A stretch of 64,000 bases of DNA from NCBI GenBank assembly GCA_964016885.1, contig OZ024740.1:23560001-23624000 (forward strand), read 5' to 3'. The stretch is from Eledone cirrhosa. Taxonomy: Eukaryota. How positions within the stretch are numbered: position 1 is the first letter of the stretch; each line of letters opens with the position of its first letter. Below are positions 11,365 through 25,650 of the stretch, in pieces. The position numbers and the translations under genes are program-made. Under the pieces are notes generated by a model that ran no database searches, had not been told where the DNA came from, and saw nothing but the letters and a program-made list of their open reading frames with translations.

Positions 11365-14300
11365 AGTGTATTGAGCTATATATTATAGCAGTGTATTGAG
11401 CTATATATTATAGCAGTGTATTGAGCTATATATTATAGCAGTGTATTGAGCTATATATTATAGCAGTGTATTGAGCTATATTTTATAGCAGTGTATTGAG
11501 CTGTATATTATAGCAGTGAATTGAGCTGTATATTATAGCAGTGAATTGAGCTATATATTATAGCAGTGAATTGAGCTATATATTATAGCAGTGTATTGAT
11601 CTATATATTATAGCAGTGTATTGAGCTGTATATTATAGCAGTGAATTGAGCTATATATTATAGCAGTGTATTGAGCTATATATTATAGCAGTGTATTGAG
11701 CTATATATTATAGCAGTGTATTGAGCTATATATTATAGCAGTGTATTGAGCTATATATTATAGCAGTGTATTGAGCTATATATTATAGCAGTATATTGAG
11801 CTATATATTATAGCAGTGAATTGAGCTATATATTATAGCAGTGTATTGAGCTATATATTATAGCAGTGTATTGAGCTATATATTATAGCAGTGAATTGAG
11901 CTATATATTATAGCAGTGTATTGAGCTATATATTATAGCAGTGTATTGAGCTATATATTATAGCAGTGTATTGAGCTATATATTATAGCAGTGAATTGAG
12001 CTGTATATTATAGCAGTGTATTGAGCTATATATTATAGCAGTGTATTGAGCTATATATTATAGCAGTGTATTGAGCTATATATTATAGCAGTGTATTGAG
12101 CTATATATTATAGCAGTATATTGAGCTATATATTATAGCAGTGTATTGAGCTGTATATTATAGCAGTGTATTGAGCTATATATTATAGCAGTGTATTGAG
12201 CTATATATTATAGCAGTGTATTGAGCTGTATATTATAGCAGTGTATTGAGCTATATATTATAGCAGTGTATTGAGCTATATATTATAACAGTGTATTGAG
12301 CTATATATTATAGCAGTGTATTGAGCTATATATTATAGCAGTGTATTGAGCTATATATTATAGCAGTGTATTGAGCTGTATATTATAGCAGTGAATTGAG
12401 CTGTATATTATAGCAGTGAATTGAGCTATATATTATAGCAGTATATTGAGCTATATATTATAGCAGTGTATTGAGCTGTATATTATAGCAGTGAATTGAG
12501 CTGTATATTATAGCAGTGAATTGAGCTGTATATTATAGCAGTGTATTGAGCTATATATTATAGCAGTGTATTGAGCTATATATTATAGCAGTGTATTGAG
12601 CTATATATTATAGCAGTGTATTGAGCTATATATTATAGCAGTGTATTGAGCTATATATTATAGCAGTGTATTGAGCTATATATTATAGCAGTGTATTGAG
12701 CTATATATTATAGCAGTGTATTGAGCTATATATTATAGCAGTGTATTGAGCTATATATTATAGCAGTGTATTGAGCTATATATTATAGCAGTGTATTGAG
12801 CTGTATATTATAGCAGTGAATTGAGCTGTATATTATAGCAGTGAATTGAGCTATATATTATAGCAGTATATTGAGCTATATATTATAGCAGTGTATTGAG
12901 CTGTATATTATAGCAGTGAATTGAGCTGTATATTATAGCAGTGAATTGAGCTGTATATTATAGCAGTGTATTGAGCTATATATTATAGCAGTGTATTGAG
13001 CTATATATTATAGCAGTGTATTGAGCTATATATTATAGCAGTGTATTGAGCTATATATTATAGCAGTGTATTGAGCTATATATTATAGCAGTGTATTGAG
13101 CTATATATTATAGCAGTGTATTGAGCTATATATTATAGCAGTGTATTGAGCTATATATTATAGCAGTGTATTGAGCTATATATTATAGCAGTGTATTGAG
13201 CTATATATTATAGCAGTGTATTGAGCTATATATTATAGCAGTGTATTGAGCTATATATTATAGCAGTGTATTGAGCTATATATTATAGCAGTGTATTGAG
13301 CTATATATTATAGCAGTGTATTGAGCTATATATTATAGCAGTGTATTGAGCTGTATATTATAGCAGTGTATTGAGCTGTATATTATAGCAGTGAATTGAG
13401 CTGTATATTATAGCAGTGTATTGAGCTGTATATTATAGCAGTGTATTGAGCTATATATTATAGCAGTGTATTGAGCTATATATTATAGCAGTGTATTGAG
13501 CTATATATTATAGCAGTGTATTGAGCTATATATTATAGCAGTGTATTGAGCTATATATTATAGCAGTGTATTGAGCTGTATATTATAGCAGTGTATTGAG
13601 CTATATATTATAGCAGTGTATTGAGCTATATATTATAGCAGTGAATTGAGCTATATATTATAGCAGTGTATTGAGCTATATATTATAGCAGTGTATTGAG
13701 CTGTATATTATAGCAGTGTATTGAGCTATATATTATAGCAGTGTATTGAGCTATATATTATAGCAGTGAATTGAGCTATATATTATAGCAGTGTATTGAG
13801 CTGTATATTATAGCAGTGTATTGAGCTATATATTATAGCAGTGTATTGAGCTATATATTATAGCAGTGTATTGAGCTGTATATTATAGCAGTGTATTGAG
13901 CTATATATTATAGCAGTGTATTGAGCTATATATTATAGCAGTGAATTGAGCTATATATTATAGCAGTGTATTGAGCTGTATATTATAGCAGTGTATTGAG
14001 CTATATATTATAGCAGTGTATTGAGCTATATATTATAGCAGTGTATTGAGCTATATATTATAGCAGTGTATTGAGCTATATATTATAGCAGTGTATTGAG
14101 CTGTATATTATAGCAGTGTATTGAGCTATATATTATAGCAGTGTATTGAGCTATATATTATAGCAGTGTATTGAGCTATATATTATAGCAGTGTATTGAG
14201 CTGTATATTATAGCAGTGTATTGAGCTGTATATTATAGCAGTGTATTGAGCTATATATTATAGCAGTGTATTGAGCTATATATTATAGCAGTGTATTGAG

Positions 14301-15223
14301 CTATATATTATAGCAGTATATTGAGCTGTATATTATAGCAGTGTATTGAGCTATATATTATAGCAGTGTATTGAGCTATATATTATAGCAGTGAATTGAG
14401 CTATATATTATAGCAGTGTATTGAGCTATATATTATAGCAGTGTATTGAGCTGTATATTATAGCAGTGTATTGAGCTATATATTATAGCAGTGTATTGAG
14501 CTATATATTATAGCAGTGTATTGAGCTATATATTATAGCAGTGTATTGAGCTATATATTATAGCAGTATATTGAGCTGTATATTATAGCAGTGTATTGAG
14601 CTATATATTATAGCAGTGTATTGAGCTATATATTATAGCAGTGTATTGAGCTATATATTATAGCAGTGTATTGAGCTATATATTATAGCAGTGTATTGAG
14701 CTATATATTATAGCAGTGTATTGAGCTATATATTATAGCAGTATATTGAGCTGTATATTATAGCAGTGTATTGAGCTATATATTATAGCAGTGAATTGAG
14801 CTATATATTATAGCAGTGTATTGAGCTATATATTATAGCAGTGTATTGAGCTGTATATTATAGCAGTGTATTGAGCTATATATTATAGCAGTGTATTGAG
14901 CTATATATTATAGCAGTGTATTGAGCTATATATTATAGCAGTGTATTGAGCTATATATTATAGCAGTATATTGAGCTGTATATTATAGCAGTGTATTGAG
15001 CTATATATTATAGCAGTGTATTGAGCTATATATTATAGCAGTGTATTGAGCTATATATTATAGCAGTGTATTGAGCTATATATTATAGCAGTGTATTGAG
15101 CTGTATATTATAGCAGTGTATTGAGCTATATATTATAGCAGTGTATTGAGCTATATATTATAGCAGTGTATTGAGCTGTATATTATAGCAGTGTATTGAG
15201 CTATATATTATAGCAGTGTATTG
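11359..15223. repeat. 25-bp minisatellite (TATTATAGCAGTGTATTGAGCTATA)n, about 155 copies
   Basis: Regular 25-bp period with a few recurring point variants (GTGTA/GTGAA/GTATA; GCTATA/GCTGTA). Confidence 0.97.
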
Positions 15224-15343
15224 GAAGTATATTTTGTGCAATGGCAAGAAGGATTTGTATACATTTCTATTTGTGCTACTTCATAATTCTTTGCTTTCAA
15301 ATTTCGTGAAGTCAGCTTCATCGTAAATTATTTATGGCAATTG

Positions 15344-15700
15344 CCGGTGGATTGACAGTATCGGTAGCGGGTCTGACGCCATGATTTGCAGCATAGAGTT
15401 ACGACCCTTTATGGTCTGAGTTCAAATCCGAGGTTAACTTTCATCCTTACAGGATCGATAAAATAAAGTACCAGTAATACACTGGTATAACTAGTGGCCT
15501 TGTGCCAAAAGTAGAAACAATTATTTATGGCTTCCTAGGGCGGCGGATTAGCAGTATCGGCAGAGCGTTGGACAACATGCTTTGCGGCATATAGTTACCA
15601 CCCTTCACTTTCTGACTTTAAATCCTGCCGAGAATACATTTGCCTTTCATCCTTACAGGTTCGATAAAATAAAGTATGGGATCGACTTAATCCCTTTCCC
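15344..15700 (+). mobile_element. Two tandem tRNA-derived SINE copies
   Basis: A-box-like GGATTGRCAGTATCGG, B-box-like GAGTTCAAATCC and core CTTTCATCCTTACAGG-TCGATAAAATAAAGTA at about 15344-15525 and about 15539-15700. The core resembles the Meta/MESC-type SINE domain (from recall, not searched). Confidence 0.8.
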
Positions 15701-16330
15701 CTCTTCTACAGGTGTTACTTTTTGTTTGTCTAAATCAGAGACTATTATTTATAGGTTAATAAATAAAGTAGGAAGCCACTACAGGTGTTCAATCTCCTAA
15801 GTCTCACACATTATACATGCACGCCCGTACACACTGGCGAACACAGCCTATAATGGTAACTTCCCTAAGTTGTTTGATCTGCAGGAAATAACAACAGGAT
15901 TACGATGAAATTTGAAGTTGGATCTATGTGGACGTAGTTAATTACTGGGACACATTTTGACTAGAAGGAACTAGCACTGGCATTGAAATATACTGTATGA
16001 TAATAGAATACATAGACACCTATATGTTCGTACACATATATACACCAAGTGAAACAAACACATAGATATACACAAACATGTACATGTATATATATATATA
16101 TATATACTCATTCTGTCATTACAACACCAGAGGTCCGACGAGCTTTTGATTCCAGAGTCGGGCCAGATCGATACAGATCGAACCTTGAGCTAAGCAATAG
16201 TGAAACGCGTGTCACCAATCAATAAACGTAATGAAGGCTTAACAAATCGTCCTTGTATTATATATGTATATATATATATATACATCCCACTCATATGAAC
16301 CTACACGCCTACACACACACGCATACATAC

Positions 16331-16361
<31 letters not shown>

Positions 16362-16724
16362 TAATTTACACATGAACGCACATACACACAGAGTGACACA
16401 TACACGCCTCAAAGGTTAAGGCACGAAGGTGTGCATATGTTATTAAGTATGTATGTGAATTTATATATATATGTACGTATGTTATGTATGTGTCTATGTG
16501 TATGTGTAGATGTACATACATATGTATGTGTGTAGTATGTAACTCTTCTCCGTCTATTTATATATACTTTTCCTTTCCCTACTATATCAAGCGTTATAAT
16601 CACACACGCACACACACGCTCACACTGGTGCACTCACACACACACACACTCATACACACACACACACATATATATATATATGAACACACAAACGCATACA
16701 CACACACACAGACACATATACACA

Positions 16725-16814
<90 letters not shown>

Positions 16815-17005
16815 GGTTTGAGGTTCACCACTGTATAGAGCTGGTCTATTCCGTATGGTCAATCGTAATGCAATAATATAGAGAGTACTCAACGTAAGGC
16901 AGTTCAACCGTCTTTGTTTTTGTAGTTGGTGGTGCTATTACGGAGTTAAATATTATAATGAAATAACAGGAGGCTGGATTTGTGTAAATCCTTGAAAGGT
17001 TTATT

Positions 17006-17063
17006 ATACTATGATCATTTCAATGACCGGGTTCCGTATGAATCCGGTGATATCATCAGGTAT
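17006..17063 (-). ncRNA. Type-I hammerhead ribozyme motif with palindromic stem III
   Basis: Minus strand reads ATAC-CTGATGA-tatcACCGG(attcatacggaac)CCGGTcatt-GAAA-TGATCA-TA-GTAT, followed directly by AATAAA. Confidence 0.8.
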
Positions 17064-18239
17064 TCGAAATATAATACGTGAATGTAATAGATAAAATCCA
17101 TGGGGCTGAAAATCGAGGACTCGAGGGCGACCGCTATTCTGTTCCTTCAACCTCAGCCGGTCGGCCTGGAGTGACGTGGCTAAAATTTATAGTATGCTAC
17201 TACCGGTCAGATAAACGAAAACAGAAAGGGATGGGAACATAAGTTAACGTCAATCGTGTATATAAATATACATTTACATGCATCCGTCTATACATGCATA
17301 CATATATGCATCCATCAAACCTAACATACATACATACATACATATATACATATTACATATATACGTAGACACATGCAAATATACATACATACATATATAT
17401 AAATGCCTACATACATACATCCGTACATACATACATATATACATCCATGCCTACATGTATACATACATATAAACATACATATTTTGTATATACTTACACA
17501 CATGCAAATATACGTACATCCGTACATACATACATATATACATCCATACATTCATGTATACATAGATATATAAATATTTTGTATATACGTACACACACGC
17601 AAATATACGAACATCCGTACATACATACATATATACTCAATACATACACATATTACATAGACGTATATGAGAAAAGAGTAACACATTAGGGGGCGATGTA
17701 AAATGGGGAACAGAAGGATTGTACGAAGATATTGTAATAAGAAGACAGGACTAAATAATGAGCGATGATGTATTGAGGCAGACAGAAGTTTGGCAAGGTC
17801 TCCTACAGAGCAAGCAGAGAAATGATGGTACCAGCGGGGACTTTGACCAAACTATAATACACATTGATTCCTTGCTGTGTTGCTTTAGTAAGAAACGGAG
17901 TTCTTGAAAGAAATACCAATATGCCTTGTCTTCGCCTATCTTTGATCACCATATTTTATTTTTCTGACTATATATGTGTGTATGTATTTGTGTATGCATG
18001 TATGTATGTAGGTATGTGTGTATGTATGTGTATGTGTATGTGTGTATGTATGTATGTAAGTGTGTATGTGTTTGTGTATCTATGTATGTATGTATGCATG
18101 TATGTATATATGTGTGTATGTATGTATGTGTGTGTGTGTATGCTTGTATGTATGTGTGTGTGTATGTATGTGTGTAAGTTGTATGCATGAATGTATGTAT
18201 GTGTATATATATTTATATATGCATGTATGTATGTTGAAT

Positions 18240-18310
18240 ATATAACAATATTTGTTTCGACACACGATTTCATATCACAAACCTCGCAAAACTAATTCAT
18301 CGCCGTTATT
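18240..18310 (+). mobile_element. PLE pLTR 3' tail fragment
   Basis: TATAACAATATTTGTTTCGACACACGATTTCATATC… continues the pLTR end seen at about 36735; the same sequence is inverted at about 25895-25960 and, diverged, at about 11140-11190. Confidence 0.7.
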
Positions 18311-18404
18311 TATATATATATATATATATTCAGACGCATATACTCACATACATACATACATATATAATTATATGTATGTAGAATCATACATATATAAATA
18401 TATA

Positions 18405-18479
<75 letters not shown>

Positions 18480-18480
<1 letters not shown>

Positions 18481-18670
18481 GAAGGAAATGTGGTAAGGAA
18501 CCAGGTGGACCGTAACGCGCCAAAGTACTCAATATTTAGGGTAGTAGAGTGGGTAATGGGAACGAGTAGGACCCCGACGGCTGAGCTCAAGCCGTTTCAA
18601 CGGCTAATTCTGGACTGAATTAGCCGTCGAAACGGCTTGAGCTCAGCCGTCGGGGTCCTACTCGTGTTCC
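18480..18670. mobile_element. (TA)n-flanked fold-back element; related copy at about 23880-23975
   Basis: Arms 18559-18610 and 18617-18670 are near-perfect inverted repeats; contains GAAA-CGGCT…AGCCG-TC. Confidence 0.7.
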
Positions 18671-18752
<82 letters not shown>

Positions 18753-19173
18753 AAAGGTAAACAGAAATAACAACACAACCGGTACAGTATATGGAAGGTA
18801 TATATTAGGTTAAACATAGAGCTGTGTATTCATATATGTTTATACAGGTGTGTGAATGCCTCTGTATGAGTCTACGGGTAGTAGCCAGATTATTCATAGT
18901 CAGATGTTTAAACCATACAACACTGTATGAGGAAAATATATAATAAATGCCACCCCGAAGAGATCGAATAAGATTTGAAATTCCTTAAAGTCCTTTAAAT
19001 ACAAAATGGTAGATTGTGGCAGATAGTTAGCAAGACAAGCAAGTATTCTTGAAATCCATTGGAAGAAGAAATAAGTTAAAAGAAAGAGTAATATCATACA
19101 CATAAACACATACGGATATAGATAAACTATCCATGTATACATATACATACACACTTAGACACACAGACCCCCT

Positions 19174-19257
<84 letters not shown>

Positions 19258-19949
19258 ACACGCATATATATATATGATGATTTCTTTTGAATGAAACAGT
19301 TTTCGTCCCGTAGAAGCCATTTCTATATTAAACATGGTATTTATGCTCTACTATGTATTGAGTACCTCACTTATTGTTGTTACTCCCGTTTGAACCCAGG
19401 ACTAATATATATATATATATGTATGTATGTGTGTATGTATATGTGTGTATGTGTGTGTGTGTATGTATGAGTGTGTATGTGTGTGTGTGTTGCATTCAAT
19501 TTTGAAACGTGTCTAATGATACAAATCTATGATGTTGAGCGAAGATAGATATGATGGGGGATGAGGGGAGTATTGAGTATAGAAATAAATAAATAGAAAT
19601 CAAAGAAAAATAAAAGTCGCTAGTGGCAGACGACATGAGATGGTGAGAGAAGCAGAGAAGGAGAGTGAAAGGGAGAGTGTTAATCTGTAGATGGTTGTGC
19701 TGTATCTTCTGACGCTCTATTATGTTTCTCACTACTATTAACATTTGTATACTTACTTTATTTGAAGTGAGTTTGCTTTCAGAATGACGAGAAGTCATGG
19801 AGACGGTTGATACCTCTCACCTGCAATATTTTCTTGATACTCCGACATAAATCAATTAGAAATTTAACATTCAAAAATAGAACAAACAATAGGTATAAAC
19901 TTAATTTTACAGACAGCGAATTGACAGATTGGAATTACATTAGGTTTCC

Positions 19950-20320
19950 TTCTTCTTTGTCCACTTATTCCTGAGAGTGCCGTGGGAGCAGAATCCTCAA
20001 ACACTCCTTCCGGCGGGTCCTAGGCAACCGTCTCCAACTGGATCCCCAACTGAGACCAGCCAAGTTCAGGGATATTATTGAAACATGTTGCTCAAGATCT
20101 TCCCCTGGCCTACTGCTGATTGGTTTTCCTCGTAAAATATGTGCAGCAATTCTTTCCTGAGAACCACATTCTAATCACATGCCCATTGTATCGGAGTTGT
20201 GTTCTATCAATTCAGAGAAGTAGCGGCTCGACCTGGAGTGACTCTCTGTTCTCTGAGCTATGCAAGTTTACTCCAAAGTAACGAGTAAGGTTACTCCAAA
20301 GTATTGAACAAGGTTACTCC
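19950..20320 (-). mobile_element. RTE-clade LINE 3' fragment (degenerate)
   Basis: Minus-strand translation RESLQVEPLLL*IDRTQLRYNGHVIRM…GWSQLGI resembles the RTE (Expander/Rex3-like) ORF C-terminal QLRWxGHxxRM motif; ends in a GAAGAA-type tail. Confidence 0.7.
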
Positions 20321-20811
20321 AAAGGCCCTTCGGTGAATGACCGAAAGAATACGATCGCGAATACAAGCATATTGGAGTCGATAAATAAAAAGTACAATCT
20401 ATGGTTAGTAGAGTTGGAGAATCGGTAGAGAATCGTTCAGTATTTGTCCTGCATCTCTGCCGTGTAAGATCAAATAATGCTGTGCCTTTATTAGTTGGTA
20501 GTCTTGTGTCATTACCCAGTTTAACGCCATCACTTTGTCCTTGGGTGATATTACTGGAGACCACCCGGCTGCAAGCATACATTTCTCCTCCTTCCTTCCC
20601 ACCAATTTCGGAGTCTCTGAACAAAGTACTAACTTCCTCGTCGACCTAATCAATGCAAATTCATACATAAAGATGGGATTGTATCATATTTGAGGAAGTG
20701 TAGTAGTGTTGTTAGCCTCTATACTAGCAGCTGTAGCAACAATACCAATATTCGTATGTATATTTAGATTTTATATACAAAGTATTCTAGTTCGTATTCA
20801 CTATCATTATT

Positions 20812-21195
20812 GGTGAATTGGCAGTATCGGTAGAGGGTCGGACGCCATCATTTCCAGCATAGTTACGTCTCTTTACGGTCTGAGTTCAAATCCCGTCGAG
20901 GTTAACTTTGCCTTTCATCCTTACCGGGTCGATAAAATAAAGTACCAGTAATGAACTGAGTAATTGCTGGCCTTGTGCCAAAAGTAGAAACAATTATTAT
21001 TTAGCGATGGATTGGCAGTATCAGTAGAGGGTCTGACGCCATGCTTTGCAGCAAAGAGTTATGCCCCTTTATGGTCTGAGTTCAAATCCCGCCGAGGTTA
21101 ACTTTGCCTTTCATCCTTACGGGGTCGATAAAATAAAGTACCAGAAATACACTGGTGTCATTGCTGGCCTTGTGCCTAAAGTAGAAACAATTACT
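20812..21195 (+). mobile_element. Two tandem tRNA-derived SINE copies
   Basis: About 20812-20999 and about 21004-21195: TGGCAGTATCRGTAGAG…GAGTTCAAATCCCG…GCCTTTCATCCTTAC.GGGTCGATAAAATAAAGTACCAG…GTAGAAACAATTA. Confidence 0.88.
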
Positions 21196-21369
21196 ATTTA
21201 GCGTTGCTCCAATATTATTTCTGTGACCTGTGTAACGTGGGCAAATTCCCTATACAATTAATAGGTAATACATATATATACACAATTATAAGTTTCAAGA
21301 CTAGTCAGACAACATTTATCCAATTTATCTTCTTAGTCCGTAGAAATCAACTAGATATAATAATCATTT

Positions 21370-21795
21370 AATCGGAGCTAACTTATCTTCATGGTGTGGA
21401 AAATATTCAATCAGCATTGCTCAAATCATGTTGGCCTCATGTTTAAAGTACACCCAAGGATTGATCCCCGTGCTATCCACCCACAACTAAAATCAAACTC
21501 GCATCTCAAAACAACATTACGTCACAATTATTTCACCTCATTTGGTCCCGCTCTCTTTAACATTACATCAAAAGTTATTAAAATAGAAACAGATCCTATA
21601 AAATTCAAAATGTCTTTGGACAAATTCCTTCAAGAAATCCCGGATAAACCTCCTACACTCAGTTATGTCTCCGTAAACAATAACTCTCTACTTGAGTGGG
21701 TCATGGTGTCCAAATCTTAATTTGAAAGATTTCGGGTGGTGGTGCTATCAAATTAGATATGGCCTGGGCCATACCCGCTGAAACCTAACAACATT
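21370..21795 (+). mobile_element. CR1-group LINE 3' fragment
   Basis: ORF 21391..21720 has WKI…SFGPALFN…FKMSLDKFLQEIPDKP…NSL, typical of CR1-like ORF2 C-termini; followed by a short 3' UTR and (TA)n. Confidence 0.7.
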
Positions 21796-21827
21796 ATCAA
21801 AGTTAAAGTTATATATGCATATATATT

Positions 21828-21887
<60 letters not shown>

Positions 21888-22084
21888 GATAAATCTACCA
21901 AGAGTTTACGGTAGTGTCCAATCCGTATGAAGAACTCAATGTAATCCGGATATCATGGAAAGAAGAGATGCAATGAAAAATCACTTTCGGTGAAAGATAA
22001 ACGGAATACAGAGTCAAGATAAAATATTAAAAAAATAATGAATAAAACAATGAAACAGTTCCTTATATTAAACAAAAAAAGTTC

Positions 22085-22233
22085 ATTATTTAACGATCGT
22101 TTCTAGGATATATATGTGTTAGAATTGGCATGCATATTCAACAGATCTATGTACAAAATTATACAAAATTATACAAACTATCAAAATTAAATATACATAC
22201 CAAACACATATATATGCCGTCTTCAGAAATAAT
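22085..22233 (-). ncRNA. Inverted copy of the extended-stem-II hammerhead
   Basis: Reverse complement of 22263-22411. Confidence 0.78.
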
Positions 22234-22262
22234 CTTCAGAAATAATCTTCAGAAATAATCTG

Positions 22263-22411
22263 ATTATTTCTGAAGACGGCATATATATGTGTTTGGTATG
22301 TATATTTAATTTTGATAGTTTGTATAATTTTGTATAATTTTGTACATAGATCTGTTGAATATGCATGCCAATTCTAACACATATATATCCTAGAAACGAT
22401 CGTTAAATAAT
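22263..22411 (+). ncRNA. Type-I hammerhead ribozyme motif with extended stem II
   Basis: ATTATTT-CTGAAGA-[116-nt hairpin]-GAAA-CGATCG-TT-AAATAAT; 7-bp stem I, palindromic stem III, GUU site. Confidence 0.8.
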
Positions 22412-22468
22412 GAACTTTTTTTGTTTAATATAAGGAACTGTTTCATTGTTTTATTCATTATTTTTTTA

Positions 22469-22830
<362 letters not shown>

Positions 22831-23137
22831 ATAAAGAAAGGAGCCAATTTGCAAATTCTGTCATGAGAATATGTTTTACTTAGTCAACTTCAATAAAATT
22901 CTAGAACTGGATTTAGATGCCGGATGTAGATCACGATCATACCGGAAGCTTAACAACGGTGAAACCGGATTTGACCAACCGGAAATCCGCAACACGATAT
23001 CTCATTAGCACCGCATCATCTGAATGTAGCGGAAATCTTTCTACGAGCCACATCCGTCTAAAGAATGCTTCTGGCAGGAATCTTTCTCTAACAGTTGTAA
23101 AGTTGCTTGGACTAATAGATAAAACAAATTGTAATGT

Positions 23138-23203
<66 letters not shown>

Positions 23204-23217
23204 TGCATGTATGTATG

Positions 23218-23252
<35 letters not shown>

Positions 23253-23987
23253 ACATATATATGTATATATATATGAAATATATTTGCTTTTATTGTGAAA
23301 AGCTGCCACGATTCATTTATAGGGTATAAAATAGTGGAATATGATGGGTAAACAGCTCGGAACAAATTGTAGAGGGTTGCTCGCAGGAAAATTGCTCGGC
23401 ATATAACATGCAGGGTTCTCTGCAGGTTCCACTGTCCATATTTAACATCACTAAGGGTAATTTGCCCGATTTCATCCTTTATTTTATAATTAATATATGT
23501 ATTGTGTAAGCTTTCCAATTTAAAACATAAATTTCAAATGTTCAACGTTGCCTAATTTCTTTTATGTATATATGTATGTTCTTCTGGTTTTTTAATTTCA
23601 CAAATTTTTGCCAATAGAGAGAGAGTCGGTTTCTAACATAGACACAAGACTCTCTCATTGGCATTTACACAAGTAGATATGTATACAGTTGAATAACTAG
23701 GTAGATATGTGTACAGTTGTGTGACGCATGAGGAATAAAACGCGTTTGTTCATTCGGCCATCATATTTGGATTCTTTTCGAAATAAATAAATACATATAT
23801 ACATACATAAACTTACAAATACAGACACAGACACAAACACACACACAAACAAACACACACACACACATGTAAAAACCTGTTAGACCATAAATCACCAGAG
23901 TACTCGATACTTGGGGTAGTAAAGTGGGTAATATAAACAAATTCAGGAACCCGACGGCTGAGCTCTGGCCGTTGGCGTCCTAAATTC

Positions 23988-24024
<37 letters not shown>

Positions 24025-24155
24025 CTTTTACCTTTTATTCTTATACCTGTTCTAGCCATCCGGCTGATTATTTTAATTCTTTCGGTCTTTGAGCAAAACT
24101 GGTCTAGGCGGGCATTGCACACACGTATACCTTTGTATCTGTGTGTGTGTATTAT

Positions 24156-24225
<70 letters not shown>

Positions 24226-24889
24226 ATACAATATGTATATATATAATTAAGGTGTTCGCTTATATTTATATATATATATACAGGCATCCTTCTGACTCTT
24301 TATTTCTCTGTCTCTCCCCCTCTCCCTCCCTCTCTCTCTCTCTACCCCCTATCTCTCTATATATACACACGGGCATGTAGCATCTGTTTAAGACCGGTCA
24401 ATAGAAACCCAAAATGGCTGAATAAGATATGATTGATCGACAGAAATACAAAAGATATTGGTGGCCATATTTGTCCCAACCAAATAGTATAGTGTCCACC
24501 GTACCGTATATATGGTTCAAATCGTTCGCCTTTCATTGCATCCATTGTCTAAATTTGATCCCATCACCTTCATTTCTAAAGCGGTATCTGTCTCCGTACA
24601 CTGTGACACAAAATCCATTCCGAACTTGGGATATATGGTTTGGATTGTTAAAACTAGACATCGTCCTACTAGTGATGGCGTCTGTTGTCTTCCATGCAAA
24701 ATGTCCCATCAGAATTAGCTTGTCATAGATTTGACTCCATCTATTGTTGTAGTGATGTAACTAATGTGGGTGAGGTTGGCAGTGATGTTAGTGATGTGGG
24801 CGGGCGGTGACTGTAAAACAGCTCTGGTGAATTGGTTTACGTTGAGACGAGAATTGTGTTTATGTACATAACATGTATATTTGAGTAAA

Positions 24890-25190
24890 GGAGAGAGTCG
24901 GAGAGATAGAGGGAGAGACGGAGAGAGATATAGAGGGGGGAGAAAGAGAGAGAGAGAACGAAGGAGAGCGAGACAGACGGAGAGAGAAAGAAAGAGGAGA
25001 AGGGGGCGAGAGAGAGAGAGAACGCGAATGAGAGAGGGGATAGATATAGAGGGGGGGGGGAGAAAAGAGAGAGAGAACGAAGGAGAGATAGAGAGACGGA
25101 GAGAGAAAGAAAGAGGAGAAGGGGGCAAATGAGAGCGAAGGAGAGAAGGGGAGAGAGATAAAGAGAGAGAGAGAGAGCGAAGGGGGATAG

Positions 25191-25231
<41 letters not shown>

Positions 25232-25405
25232 GTAGGAGAAATAGAGAGAGTGAGGGAGAAAGAGACAGAGAGGGAGAAAGAAAGAGAGAGAAAGCGAGAG
25301 ATCGAAGGAGAGAGAGAGAGAGAAGGAGAGAGCGAAAGAGAGGGGGAGAGAGATAGAAAATGTTTATGTTTAAAGACAATGTCTGCGTGTTTATGATTGG
25401 AGATA

Positions 25406-25479
<74 letters not shown>

Positions 25480-25650
25480 GTGAGAGAGAAAGAATAGGAA
25501 AGAGTGAGTGAGACAATGAGCGCGAGAAAGTATATGTGTGTTTGTATGTGGGTATGTGTGTGTGTGTGTGTGAGTGTGCGTGTGGGTGTGTGGGTGTGTG
25601 GGTGTGTGTGTGTGTGTGTGTGTGTGAGATAGAGAGAGAGAGAGAAAGAG
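24890..25650. repeat. (GA)n-rich and (TG)n low-complexity tract
   Basis: Direct reading of the sequence. Confidence 0.9.

Noticed and set aside
11359-15223. Regular 25-bp repeats with an internal palindrome as a CRISPR array
   Set aside because: Units are contiguous with no unique spacers, there are no cas genes and the context is eukaryotic.
19272-19310. TGATGA…GAAA…GTC hammerhead-like string
   Set aside because: Truncated by (TA)n at the 5' side with no stem I and weak stem III; cannot be supported.
15344-21195. A-box/B-box sequences as tRNA genes
   Set aside because: No complete cloverleaf; they continue into a shared SINE body and tail.
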